From assembly GCA_017536685.1 (NCBI GenBank), contig JAFXGW010000003.1:11-64010 (forward strand): a DNA stretch of 64,000 nt, read 5' to 3'. Both the position numbers and the translations under genes were made by a program. The notes under the pieces were generated by a model. It worked only from the letters and a program-made list of their open reading frames with translations. It searched no databases and was not told the DNA's origin. Below are positions 49,081-58,772 of this stretch, one piece after another; the stretch's first letter is position 1, and the number at the start of each line of letters is the position of its first letter. The stretch comes from Clostridia bacterium. Its GTDB lineage: Bacteria; Bacillota; Clostridia; TANB77; CAG-508.

Positions 49081-50898
49081 ATGATTTTTTTAACAAAAGA
49101 TGGATTAGAAGATAACAAAAGTTTTAAAGAAATAATAAAAAAAGAAGAACAAATGATTGTAATGATGATAGAATCACAAAATATAAAAAGTAATATATTA
49201 TCAGATTCAATGCAAAGATTTGCTGATTATGCAGATACAGACTTAGAAAAAGTGGACGACAAAATGGACAGTATTATATTTTTCTTAAATAATTTTAAAA
49301 ATACTTTAGCATTGTCAAAAACAAATATATACTTATTAAATAATGTATTGGATTCTATAAAGAAAATTGAAGAAATTTTTACTAAAGACGACGAGAAAAA
49401 AACTGAGAAAATTGAAGAATATAATAATAATTTTATAGAAACAAACGAAATTGTTTTGGCTAATACAATTCAAATTGAGCAAACTTTAAAATACATATTA
49501 TCATTTTCAGAATTTGCTTTTGATTCAAAAAATAAATTAAATAAATTGATTACAGATATAGGGAATAAAACTTTAGATATAGAGTGGAGTATGAATAATC
49601 AAAAAAGAAATTGTAAACAGTTGAATTCAATTCCAATTGACGAATGTTTGATAGAAGAAATTGATTTAAAAGAGCACCCAGAAAATACTTTAATAGTTTC
49701 TGAAAAAGAAGATGTTGTAATATTACCATTTACAATAGATGAGCTAAACAAAATTTATGTAGGAAACAAAGGAAAATACGAAGACTTTAATGAGATAATC
49801 GACAATAAATACACAGTACCATTATCTAGATTTAGAAATACAGCTATAGCTCGTTTTAGAGAAGCATTTATGCTTATGAGAAGAAAAGAAAAAGAAACAC
49901 TAAAAAAATCCTTTGAATTAGGAATGGAACTTTTCTTTAACTACAATCTTCATCCAGCTATAATAACAGCATGTAAATCAATAGATCAATTAGATATATA
50001 TTTAGATTATTTAGATGCGAATGAAACAGAAAGGTTTGATTGTTTTAAAATAATATTCGATATAGCACCAGTAGAAGTTAAATCTAGTAAATTCAATGTA
50101 CTTATAAGCAAAATCAAAAAAATGGTAGAAAAAGATGCTAAAGTGAAAGAAAAATTTGAAGAGACACTAGAAAATAATAGTGAAATAAATTCTGATATTG
50201 AAAAAATAATAACTTCAATAGAAAAAGAAGAACCTATTAATGAAATAAATGAGATTAATCAAGAAGAAAAATTTACTGAAGTAGAAAACATAGAAAATAT
50301 CGAAAGTACTGAAATTGTTTTAGAAGGGAAATCAGAATTAGAAGAAAACGAAGTTGCTGAAATATTAGGGATAAACGAAAATAAAATAGAAGAAAAATTT
50401 GAAACTACAGAAAACAATTTAGTTGAAAATGTTCAAATTGAAGAGAGCAATTTGCCTGATAAATTAGTAGCTGTTGAAGGAAATGAAACTAAAGAGATTT
50501 CAGAAATAATTGTAAATAAAGTAAATGAAATAGAAAATAATGAAAAAGAAAAAACAGTGACAGAACAAGAAAGTGAAGTTCCAAAATCATCTAGAAGAAA
50601 AACTACATCTAAAAAAACTCCTAATAAAGAAGGGGATACCCAAAAGTCTTCAACTAAAGAAAATGATAAAACAGAAAATGAAAACAGATCTGAAGAAACA
50701 GAGAAAAAAGCAAAGAACTCTTCAGCTAAAGGAAATGATAAAACAGAAAATGAAAACAAATCTGAAGAAACAGAGAAAAAATCAAAGAAGTCTTCAACTA
50801 AAAAAAATGATAAAACAAAAAATGAAGATAAATCTAAAGAAACAAATAAGTCTGCAAGTAAAAGAAATAGCATAAAAACAACTAAAAAGAAGATCTAA
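49081..50898 (+). CDS. Hypothetical protein with K/E/N-rich repetitive C-terminal tail
   Basis: 605 aa with no signal peptide or TM. SD GAGGTGA lies upstream. There is a globular-looking central block (PLSRFRNTAIARFREAFMLMRR...HPAIITACKS). The tail contains three 24-aa repeats. Confidence 0.6.
   Translation: MIFLTKDGLEDNKSFKEIIKKEEQMIVMMIESQNIKSNILSDSMQRFADYADTDLEKVDDKMDSIIFFLNNFKNTLALSKTNIYLLNNVLDSIKKIEEIFTKDDEKKTEKIEEYNNNFIETNEIVLANTIQIEQTLKYILSFSEFAFDSKNKLNKLITDIGNKTLDIEWSMNNQKRNCKQLNSIPIDECLIEEIDLKEHPENTLIVSEKEDVVILPFTIDELNKIYVGNKGKYEDFNEIIDNKYTVPLSRFRNTAIARFREAFMLMRRKEKETLKKSFELGMELFFNYNLHPAIITACKSIDQLDIYLDYLDANETERFDCFKIIFDIAPVEVKSSKFNVLISKIKKMVEKDAKVKEKFEETLENNSEINSDIEKIITSIEKEEPINEINEINQEEKFTEVENIENIESTEIVLEGKSELEENEVAEILGINENKIEEKFETTENNLVENVQIEESNLPDKLVAVEGNETKEISEIIVNKVNEIENNEKEKTVTEQESEVPKSSRRKTTSKKTPNKEGDTQKSSTKENDKTENENRSEETEKKAKNSSAKGNDKTENENKSEETEKKSKKSSTKKNDKTKNEDKSKETNKSASKRNSIKTTKKKI
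50647..50862 (+). repeat. 72-bp (24-aa) tandem repeat x3 inside the CDS
   Basis: The units start at 50647, 50719 and 50791. They read SSTKENDKTENENRSEETEKKAKN, SSAKGNDKTENENKSEETEKKSKK and SSTKKNDKTKNEDKSKETNKSASK. Confidence 0.9.
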
Positions 50899-50912
50899 AC
50901 AGATCTTCTTTT
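50887..50912. terminator. Hairpin terminator between convergent genes
   Basis: AAGAAGATCT (50887-50896) pairs with AGATCTTCTT (50901-50910). The hairpin overlaps the TAA stop of the 605-aa ORF. Confidence 0.65.
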
Positions 50913-50961
50913 ATTATGTCTACAAATATATAATTGTCAGTTTAAATTAAATTACCATAAT

Positions 50962-51411
50962 TTAAAAATTATTTTTCAAAGCTCTATCAATTCGTCTTTC
51001 AGCATCTTTCTTTGCCATATCTTCACGTTTGTCATACATTTTTTTACCTTTACCAATTCCAATTTCTAATTTAATTTTATTGCCTTTCATATACATTTTT
51101 GTGGGAACAAGAGAAATTCCTTTTTGTTTAATCATTCCATTCAATTTATCGATTTCGTTCCTGTTTAACAAAAGTTTTCGTGTACGTAAAGGATCTTTAT
51201 TGAAAATATTTCCGAATTCATAAGGGCTTATGTGCATTCCATAAACAAAAATTTCGCCATCTTTTATATTAACGTAGGTATCTTTTATATTACATTTTCC
51301 GTTTCTTATTGATTTTATTTCTGTTCCGGTTAAAACGATACCTGCTTCTATAGTGTTTTCAATTGAATAATTGTGATATGCTGTTGGATTTTTAATAAGT
51401 ATTTTTTCCAT
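50962..51411 (-). CDS. smpB: SsrA-binding protein SmpB
   Basis: 149 aa. NYSIENTIEAGIVLTGTEIKSIR, HISPYE and RTRKLLLNRNEI are typical of SmpB. Confidence 0.95.
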   Translation of the reverse strand: MEKILIKNPTAYHNYSIENTIEAGIVLTGTEIKSIRNGKCNIKDTYVNIKDGEIFVYGMHISPYEFGNIFNKDPLRTRKLLLNRNEIDKLNGMIKQKGISLVPTKMYMKGNKIKLEIGIGKGKKMYDKREDMAKKDAERRIDRALKNNF

Positions 51412-51471
51412 AAGAAATCCTTTCTAAAATTAATCTATTTTTAATATAACATAAGTATTTAATTTTAGCAA

Positions 51472-51497
51472 ATTTTACTAAACAAAATTAGTAAAAT
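51472..51497. promoter_or_regulatory. Perfect 10-6-10 palindrome in the divergent smpB / ABC intergenic region
   Basis: ATTTTACTAA (51472-51481) and TTAGTAAAAT (51488-51497). Confidence 0.3.
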
Positions 51498-51672
51498 GAA
51501 TATAAATGCTGGGAGAGATTAAAAATATAATTATGATAAGTGTTCAAATTATCATTTAAATAATTATTATAAATAAAAAATATGATTTATAATGAAAAAT
51601 TTTATTGTAAATAGTATTTGTTAATAATATAATTGAATAAAAGTTAATTTATTATAAAAAAGGAGAAAACAT

Positions 51673-52404
51673 ATGCTAGAAGTTAGAAATCTTACAAAGA
51701 AATTTGGTGAAAACATAGCAGTTAATGATGTTTCTTTTAAGGTAGAAAAAGGAAAAATTTTTGGAATTGTTGGAAGAAATGGAGCTGGAAAATCAACCAT
51801 TTTTAGAACTATACTTAATATTATAAAACCTACAAAAGGTCAGATATTATATGAAAATAGAAAAATCGATTCTCATATTTTAGATAGAATTGGATATTTG
51901 CCTGAAGAAGGAAGCTTGATTCCTACTTATACAGTTGTAGAACTGTGTGAATATTATGGTTCGTTAAAATTAATGAATGAGGACGAAATAAAAGAGAACT
52001 TACTAATGTGGTTAGAAGAATTTGATATTTTAGAATATGCAAATAAAAAAATAAAAGACTTATCAAAAGGAAATAGACAAAAAATTCAATTTATTGTATC
52101 AGTATTACACAATCCAGATTTACTAATATTAGACGAACCATTTTCAGGTTTAGATCCAGTGAGTTCGGCTGAATTAAAAAATGCAATTTTAAAATTTAAA
52201 GATCAAAATAAAACAATAATATTTTCATCACATATAATGGAACAGGTAGAAAATTTATGTGAAGAATTTTTAATGATAAATAAAGGAAATATAGTATTAT
52301 CAGGAAATCTAAAAGAAATTGTTGAAAATTATGAACTTAATGGTACAAGAGGACATTCATTAAATGAAATTTTTATAGACAAGGTTGGAAAAGAAGATGA
52401 ATAA
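51673..52404 (+). CDS. ABC transporter ATP-binding protein
   Basis: Walker A GRNGAGKST, signature LSKGNRQK and Walker B ILDEP are present. SD AGGAG lies upstream. Confidence 0.92.
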   Translation: MLEVRNLTKKFGENIAVNDVSFKVEKGKIFGIVGRNGAGKSTIFRTILNIIKPTKGQILYENRKIDSHILDRIGYLPEEGSLIPTYTVVELCEYYGSLKLMNEDEIKENLLMWLEEFDILEYANKKIKDLSKGNRQKIQFIVSVLHNPDLLILDEPFSGLDPVSSAELKNAILKFKDQNKTIIFSSHIMEQVENLCEEFLMINKGNIVLSGNLKEIVENYELNGTRGHSLNEIFIDKVGKEDE

Positions 52405-54622
52405 TCAAAAGATTAAAGGAATGATAAAATTCAATGTTAATAAAAGCATTCAAAACAAATGGTTTATAATATTAAATGTTTTATTAATTTTAGCGACATT
52501 AATCAGTACGAATTTGACTAACATAAAAAATTTTTTAGAAAACAATAATATAAATTTATTTGAAACAGAAATACTAATAGAAGTAGTAGATAATGAAAAT
52601 ATAGGTTTTCAAAAAATAACAGAAGCTTTTTCAGATGATGAATATGTAGAAGTAAAAAAAATTACCCAAAATAACTATACAAAAGAGACAATAGAAGACA
52701 ATACAATTGTTATAGAAATTGAAAGTGATGAAGAAAAGATTATAAATGTATCTTTAGTATCTAAAGAAGGAATTGATCCATATTTGTATGATGATATCTA
52801 TATTCCTTTATCTGAAATAAGGGCAGAACAATTTGCAAAAAATAATAAAATAAAACTTGAAACTTTAGAAGTTATGAATGAAGAACTTGATATTGAAATA
52901 CTAATGTTAGGTGTAGATAATGAAAATGCAGAAACAAAACAACTAATAAATATAATTAGTACTTTTGCTATTTATATGATTTCTATTTTAGTATTTTCAT
53001 CAATATCAAATGAAATTGCTCAAGAAAAAGTTTCAAAATCTATCGAATATGTTTTAACAAGTGTTACTGCAAAAGAATATTTATTTGCAAAAGTAGCAAG
53101 TACAATATTGGTTATTTTTCTACAAGCAGTTTATATGGTACTATATTATATTGTAGGCACGTTTATAAGCTCTTTAATTAATATTGTTCAAACAGATTTT
53201 ACAGCTGCAGAAAGTATGGTTGAATTATTTAGAAATATAGATGTTGAAATTATATTATATTTGATTACTGTGTTTAGTTATGCATTAATAACATTAGTAT
53301 TGATGTCAATAATTCAGGCTGCAATTTCTTCTAAAACAACAAGTATGTCTGAGTCACAAAATGCGGTAATGTTATTATCGATGATTACAATATTTGCTTA
53401 CTTTATTACACTTGGAGTCATTACACCCGAAACTAATATGTCAATAATTATATATGTTCTTGCATGTATGCCGTTATTGTCAAATTATATGGTACCAGCG
53501 ATTTTAATGATAGGTCAAGCAACTCCTGCCTTAATAATAATTTCTTTTGCACTATTATTACTATCAATACCAATATCATTTAATATTTGTGCAAAAGTGT
53601 TTAAAAATGGTGTTTTGAATTTTAATACAAAACAAAAGACAACCAAAAGAAAAGAAGAAATAACATTAAAGGAAGAACAAGAAATAAAATTTAAAAAAGC
53701 AAAATATAAAAAATTTTCATTTGCAATAGGACTTGCAATTATTGTATATATTGTACTTCAAAATATAGGTACTGTATTAGCTGGTGTTATAATAACTCCT
53801 TTCATAAAAGATATTTTTAATGATACACAAATTGAATTAATACTTTCATTAATTGTTTCTGTAATTAGTTTATTAAGTGCGGCATCAATTATAAATGCGT
53901 ATAAAAACCCTAAAGATAAAGTCAAAAAAATTAAATTAAAAAATAAACAAAAAATAGAAATTATATTAATAGGAATATTTGCTTTACTAGTATTGCAATT
54001 TGTAACTTCTTTTATAATAACGCAATTAGGAATTGATTATTCAGTAAATACTGTTATTTTTGACAATGGAGAAAAAAATCTTTTAACAAATATACTAACA
54101 ATTTTACTGGTTGTTGTGCAAGCTGGAGTATTTGAAGAGTTATTATTTAGAAAAGCATTTATAGATTATTCAAAAAAATTTGGAACAATTTTTTCAATTT
54201 TTATATCAGCATTGTTTTTTGGATTGATACATATGAATATTAGTCAAATGATATTTGCATTTTCAATTGGAATTGTATTTGGAACAATATATGCGTTAAC
54301 AGGAAATATAAGTTTAACAATTATTTTGCATTTACTAAATAATGGATATGCTACAATAGCAACTTTATTAGCTGGAAATAATGTTGCAATACAAATAATT
54401 GATATGTCAGTTTTAATTTTTGCTTTTTTTGGTTTATTATGTTTGATAAAAATTATAATAAAAAATAAAGAATATATTAAATTAACTTTGAAAAAGATAA
54501 AAGAAAACAAAATGGATGTTTCTGAGTTTAAATACATGTTTTTTGACTTTTCATTTGTTGTTTCAATTGCTGTAATAGTAGTGATGTCAATTGCCACGGA
54601 AAAAATGTTGTCATTAATGTAA
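52385..54622 (+). CDS. Fusion protein: ABC-2-type permease domain plus C-terminal CPBP (CAAX/Abi) intramembrane protease domain
   Basis: 745 aa. The N-terminal half has a TM, an extracytoplasmic loop and ~6 TMs, as in NatB/ABC-2 permeases. The C-terminal half carries the CPBP motifs EELLFRKAF, FGLIHMN and HLLNN. It overlaps the ATPase gene by 20 nt. Confidence 0.7.
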   Translation: MEKKMNNQKIKGMIKFNVNKSIQNKWFIILNVLLILATLISTNLTNIKNFLENNNINLFETEILIEVVDNENIGFQKITEAFSDDEYVEVKKITQNNYTKETIEDNTIVIEIESDEEKIINVSLVSKEGIDPYLYDDIYIPLSEIRAEQFAKNNKIKLETLEVMNEELDIEILMLGVDNENAETKQLINIISTFAIYMISILVFSSISNEIAQEKVSKSIEYVLTSVTAKEYLFAKVASTILVIFLQAVYMVLYYIVGTFISSLINIVQTDFTAAESMVELFRNIDVEIILYLITVFSYALITLVLMSIIQAAISSKTTSMSESQNAVMLLSMITIFAYFITLGVITPETNMSIIIYVLACMPLLSNYMVPAILMIGQATPALIIISFALLLLSIPISFNICAKVFKNGVLNFNTKQKTTKRKEEITLKEEQEIKFKKAKYKKFSFAIGLAIIVYIVLQNIGTVLAGVIITPFIKDIFNDTQIELILSLIVSVISLLSAASIINAYKNPKDKVKKIKLKNKQKIEIILIGIFALLVLQFVTSFIITQLGIDYSVNTVIFDNGEKNLLTNILTILLVVVQAGVFEELLFRKAFIDYSKKFGTIFSIFISALFFGLIHMNISQMIFAFSIGIVFGTIYALTGNISLTIILHLLNNGYATIATLLAGNNVAIQIIDMSVLIFAFFGLLCLIKIIIKNKEYIKLTLKKIKENKMDVSEFKYMFFDFSFVVSIAVIVVMSIATEKMLSLM

Positions 54623-54658
54623 ATTAATATTTTTTAATTATTTGATAATAATAAATAT

Positions 54659-55261
54659 ATGAATCAGATATTGTTTGATAAAAATGTAAGTAAACAAAAA
54701 AGTTATATATTTAAAATTCAATTTATTTTATCTATAATTTTAGCGATAGTTTTTGCATTTTATATTTACATGAATTATAGTGAAAATGAAAATTTAGAAA
54801 GTATTTCAAAAATAATTGATAAAAATTTCGAACTGTCTAAAATATATGAAGTTCAGAAAACATCAAATAATTCTCAAATGTTTTTTGGAAAAATAATTAT
54901 AGATAAAATAAATTTAGAATATAGTGTTTTTAATATGTATAATGAAGATTTATTAAAGATATCGCCATGTAAATTTTATGGAAGTCAACTAGGAGAAAAA
55001 GGAAATATATGCATAGCTGCACATAATTATAATGACAATCGTTTTTTTAGTAGAATTGATGAATTAAAAATAAAAGACACTATAAAACTTATTAATTTGG
55101 AAAATTTAGAATATGAATATATTATATATGATATTTTTGAAACAGAAGAAAATGACTTTTCTATATTGAAAAAAAATAAAAATTTTGAGTTAACACTTTT
55201 GACTTGTAACAATTCAAATAAAAAAAGAATAATAGTAAAAGCATATATGAAAGAGTATTGA
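54659..55261 (+). CDS. Sortase-family transpeptidase
   Basis: 200 aa. It has an N-terminal TM, catalytic His in ICIAAHNY, the TLxTC motif (LTLLTCN), and a downstream Arg (KKRIIVKA). No clear SD lies upstream. Confidence 0.8.
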   Translation: MNQILFDKNVSKQKSYIFKIQFILSIILAIVFAFYIYMNYSENENLESISKIIDKNFELSKIYEVQKTSNNSQMFFGKIIIDKINLEYSVFNMYNEDLLKISPCKFYGSQLGEKGNICIAAHNYNDNRFFSRIDELKIKDTIKLINLENLEYEYIIYDIFETEENDFSILKKNKNFELTLLTCNNSNKKRIIVKAYMKEY

Positions 55262-55424
55262 AAAAAATAATAATTAGTAGTAAAATAAAACAGTTATAAA
55301 GTTAAAATTAGATAATTATAATGTTTCTGAAAATTTAACTTATAAATATATTCTAATAAATATTATATAGTAATAATTTAGGATATTTACAAAAATAATA
55401 AATTGTAAGAAAGGACTTTTTAAA

Positions 55425-55985
55425 GTGGAAGGAAATTTTGTAAAAAAACCGATAGTAACTATTGAAATGGAAGATGGAGGAATTATAACAATAGAACTTT
55501 ATCCAAGTAAAGCACCAGAAACAGTAAATAACTTCATTAGTTTAGTAAGTAAAGGGTTTTATGATGGATTAATTTTCCATAGAACAATACCTGGATTTAT
55601 GGCGCAAGGTGGAGATCCAGAAGGAACCGGAATGGGGGGACCTGGATATGGAATTAAAGGAGAATTTAAAGATAACGGAGTTGAAAATACAATATCTCAT
55701 TTAAGAGGAGTTGTATCAATGGCAAGAAGTAGTATGCCAAATAGTGCAGGTTCACAGTTTTTTATAGTAACAGATGATTCAACATTTTTAGATGGACAAT
55801 ATGCAGCGTTTGGAAGTGTACTAGAAGGAATGGAGGTTGTAGACAAAATTGTAAAATCGAGAGTTATTACAAGAAGCCCATTTGGTGGAGGTAAAGATAG
55901 ACCAGTAGAACCACCTGTAATGAAAAAAGTTACAGTAGAAACATTTGGAGTAGAATATCCGGAACCACAAAAATTTAATAAATAG
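55425..55985 (+). CDS. ppiB: Cyclophilin-type peptidyl-prolyl cis-trans isomerase
   Basis: GTG start. FHRTIPGFMAQGGDP, SMARS..PNSAGSQFFI and FGSVLEGMEVVDKI are typical cyclophilin motifs. Confidence 0.92.
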   Translation: MEGNFVKKPIVTIEMEDGGIITIELYPSKAPETVNNFISLVSKGFYDGLIFHRTIPGFMAQGGDPEGTGMGGPGYGIKGEFKDNGVENTISHLRGVVSMARSSMPNSAGSQFFIVTDDSTFLDGQYAAFGSVLEGMEVVDKIVKSRVITRSPFGGGKDRPVEPPVMKKVTVETFGVEYPEPQKFNK

Positions 55986-55996
55986 GAGAATAATAT

Positions 55997-56800
55997 TTGA
56001 ATATTTATAAAAATTTAAATGAGATAATTGAATACATTGAGAGAAATTTAGAAAATAAAATTGATTATAAAATAATTTCACAAATACTTGGAACAAATGA
56101 AAATACTGTAAAAAGAGTATTTCCATTACTTACCAATATTTCAATTTCTGAATACATACGAAACAGAAGATTATCAAATGCAGGATTTGATTTATATAAA
56201 AAAGATGAAAAAATAATTGATTTGGCTGTTAAATATCAATATGAAAGTGCAACGGCATTTTCGAGAGCATTTGAAAAGTTTCATAATATGAAACCTAGTA
56301 TGGTAAAAACTAATCCTGAAAAATTAAAAGTTTTTCCTAAGTTACAATTTGAAGAAAATATTATTGAAAACTTTACTATGGAATATAGCATTATAGAAAT
56401 GGAAGAAAAAATACTTTATGGAAAAGGGATAAAAACTAATTATATTTCTATAAAAAATGATGCTCCAGAATTTTTCAAAAAAATGAGTGAAATTTATGAA
56501 AAAAAATATGGTGAAATTAATTATGGGATGATTGTTTATGAATCTAGATTTGATAGTAACAAATGTGAATATTGGATTGCCTATGACAAAGAAATTTCTG
56601 AATTTGAAAGAACTGTATTACCTAAATCTAAATGGCTAAAATTAAAAATCAATTCTCAAAATGCAAAAGATATTCAAAAAACTTCTGAGGATTTTTATTG
56701 TAAATTTGTACCAAGTTCAAAATATAAATTAAAATCCATACCAGAACTTGAATATTATCATGATAATATTACAGAGTTTTTAATAGCAATAGAAGATTAA
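55997..56800 (+). CDS. AraC-family transcriptional regulator with GyrI-like effector-binding domain
   Basis: TTG start with SD AGGAG 8 nt upstream. The N-terminal HTH (ISEYIRNRRL, YESATAFSRAFEKFHNMKPS) is followed by a ~150-aa C-terminal domain typical of the GyrI-like fold. Confidence 0.8.
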   Translation: MNIYKNLNEIIEYIERNLENKIDYKIISQILGTNENTVKRVFPLLTNISISEYIRNRRLSNAGFDLYKKDEKIIDLAVKYQYESATAFSRAFEKFHNMKPSMVKTNPEKLKVFPKLQFEENIIENFTMEYSIIEMEEKILYGKGIKTNYISIKNDAPEFFKKMSEIYEKKYGEINYGMIVYESRFDSNKCEYWIAYDKEISEFERTVLPKSKWLKLKINSQNAKDIQKTSEDFYCKFVPSSKYKLKSIPELEYYHDNITEFLIAIED

Positions 56801-56819
56801 TAAAAATATTATAAGATTG

Positions 56820-56857
56820 AGCTGACTTTTTTTGATTATAAAAAGTCAGTTTTTTTA
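56820..56857 (+). terminator. Rho-independent terminator
   Basis: CTGACTTTT (56822-56830) pairs with AAAAGTCAG (56841-56849), followed by a T-run. Confidence 0.85.
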
Positions 56858-56891
56858 TGTTTAAATAAAGTAAAATTAAATTGGTGATTGT

Positions 56892-58772
56892 ATGAAAAAG
56901 AAAAAGTATTATGAAGTATTTTTAACAACAGATAACGTATCAGAAGAGAGTTGGGGAAAATTTTTATTATATATTTCTAAATTAAATGGACTTTTTAAAA
57001 CTTGGAAAATATATATAAAATTTGAAAAAAATAATGTTAGATATTTTATAAAAACTAAAAATGAAATACCAACTACTTTAAGTGATTTAAATGATTTTTT
57101 AATAAAAAAGACTGAAGAAATCAAAATACCAAAAACAATATTCAAAACTATATATATAATTACAAACAAAGAAAAAAATATAATAGATGTTTATGATAGA
57201 AATGAAAGCAAAAAGAATAGAAAATTATTTTTTTCAGAAGTTAAGATATATCCTTTTTGCAGAAAAAATTATTTTACTTTTACCACTTTAATATTCAAGA
57301 ATAAAAAAGGACGTTTTATTTCAAAATTGGTTTTACTAAATATTGTTCATCAGTTCTTAAGCATTGACTTCTCTAAACATACAAGATTCTTATTTAGAAA
57401 AGACATAAGAAAATATTTAAATATAGAAAAAAACTTAAAATTATTTGAATGTGATAATAAAAATGGAATTTTGAAAATAAAAGCATTTCCATATTTGCAA
57501 GAGGATTATTACCTTAATTTAAATAATTATGATTTTGATAAACATTCTTTAGTTATAGGAGGATCTGGTACTGGAAAATCAAAATTTTTAAGTCTTTTGG
57601 TAGATAAAATTTATAAAAATCCAGTTTATAGGATGAAATACAAAATAGTTATAATAGATCCTCATAGTTCTTTAGAAAAAGATATAGGTGGATTAGAAAA
57701 TACTGCTATAATAGATTTTAAAAATTTCGAGAACTCAATAGATTTGTTTTCAAGTTCAAAAGATAATGTGGTAGTAGAAACAGAAATCTTTTTGAATTTA
57801 TTTAAATCACTTATGAATCAAGATTTTAATTCGAAATTAGAAAGAGTATTAAGACACAGCATTTTTCTATTAATTCAGCTTGAAAAAAATAATCTTAAAA
57901 ATTTACGAGAATTAATAACTGATAATGAATTTAGAAATAATTTAATACGAAAAAATAAAGAATTTATATCAGAACAAATTATAGATTTTTTCTTAAAAGA
58001 TTTTAACGAACTAAAAAATAAATATCATAATGAAGCAATATCTCCAATAATATCTTTTATAGATGAACTAAGTATATTACCAGTTTTTAGTGAATTCTCA
58101 AATAAAACAAATTTAGAAGAATTAATTTCTAAAAATTTTTTATCAATATTCTCTCTTGATGAGACTGTAATAGGAGAGAAGACCACAAAGACAATTTCAG
58201 GACTTGTGATGGGACAAATGTTTACTTTAATGCAAAAAAGAAAATTTGAAGAACACATAATTTTTATTATAGATGAAGTGTCTGTTGTGCAAAATCCAAT
58301 TTTAAAAAGATTTTTGGCAGAAAGTAGAAAATATAATTTAAGTATAATATTGTCAGGACAGTATTTGAATCAAGTAAATGACGATATACAAAAAGCAATA
58401 TTTTCAAATATGGTTAATTACTATACTTTTAGAATTTCAAGAGAAGATGCAGTTATTTTAAGTAGAAATTTGCAAATGGAAATAGCAATTCATGATTCCC
58501 ATTTTGCGAAAGTGAAAATCTTGACAGAATTGGCTAATAGAGAATGCATTGTGAGAGTGAGTAGCCAAGGAAGTGTTTTTCCAGCATTTAAAGCTTCAAC
58601 TCTTGAGGTAGTTCCTAAACCTAAAAACGAAGTCTTTATAAAATCTGAAATAATAAAAAATAAAGAAAGTGTAAAATCATATAAAAAATTTATTATCGGT
58701 GAAGCAGCTAATTTATTAGAAATAATGAAATCACAGTCTACGGGAAGGAGAAAAATAGTAGATGAAAAATAA
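56892..58772 (+). CDS. HerA/DUF87-like (FtsK-HerA superfamily) P-loop ATPase with unassigned N-terminal domain
   Basis: 626 aa with no TM. Walker A LVIGGSGTGKSKF (~57550-57590), VIIDPHSS, Walker B IIFIIDEVS (~58255-58285) and ESRKYNLSIILSGQYLNQ are present. Confidence 0.65.
   Translation: MKKKKYYEVFLTTDNVSEESWGKFLLYISKLNGLFKTWKIYIKFEKNNVRYFIKTKNEIPTTLSDLNDFLIKKTEEIKIPKTIFKTIYIITNKEKNIIDVYDRNESKKNRKLFFSEVKIYPFCRKNYFTFTTLIFKNKKGRFISKLVLLNIVHQFLSIDFSKHTRFLFRKDIRKYLNIEKNLKLFECDNKNGILKIKAFPYLQEDYYLNLNNYDFDKHSLVIGGSGTGKSKFLSLLVDKIYKNPVYRMKYKIVIIDPHSSLEKDIGGLENTAIIDFKNFENSIDLFSSSKDNVVVETEIFLNLFKSLMNQDFNSKLERVLRHSIFLLIQLEKNNLKNLRELITDNEFRNNLIRKNKEFISEQIIDFFLKDFNELKNKYHNEAISPIISFIDELSILPVFSEFSNKTNLEELISKNFLSIFSLDETVIGEKTTKTISGLVMGQMFTLMQKRKFEEHIIFIIDEVSVVQNPILKRFLAESRKYNLSIILSGQYLNQVNDDIQKAIFSNMVNYYTFRISREDAVILSRNLQMEIAIHDSHFAKVKILTELANRECIVRVSSQGSVFPAFKASTLEVVPKPKNEVFIKSEIIKNKESVKSYKKFIIGEAANLLEIMKSQSTGRRKIVDEK

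Noticed and set aside
50647-50862. The tandem repeats could be mistaken for a CRISPR-like array.
   Set aside because: The units are directly adjacent with no spacers, are 72 bp long, and are in frame within a CDS. No repeat-spacer architecture or cas genes exist anywhere in the window.
50433-50875. Minus-strand 146-aa and alternative + frame 100-aa ORFs run over the 72-bp repeat region.
   Set aside because: Repetitive K/E/N-coding DNA keeps several frames open. The main frame is continuous with the 605-aa protein and has the SD, so the others are artefacts of the repeat.
50899-51672. I searched for a tmRNA (ssrA) gene next to smpB.
   Set aside because: Neither flank of smpB shows a tRNA-Ala-like acceptor/T-arm or a GC-richer structured segment. 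The intergenic regions are short and almost pure AT. ssrA must lie elsewhere.
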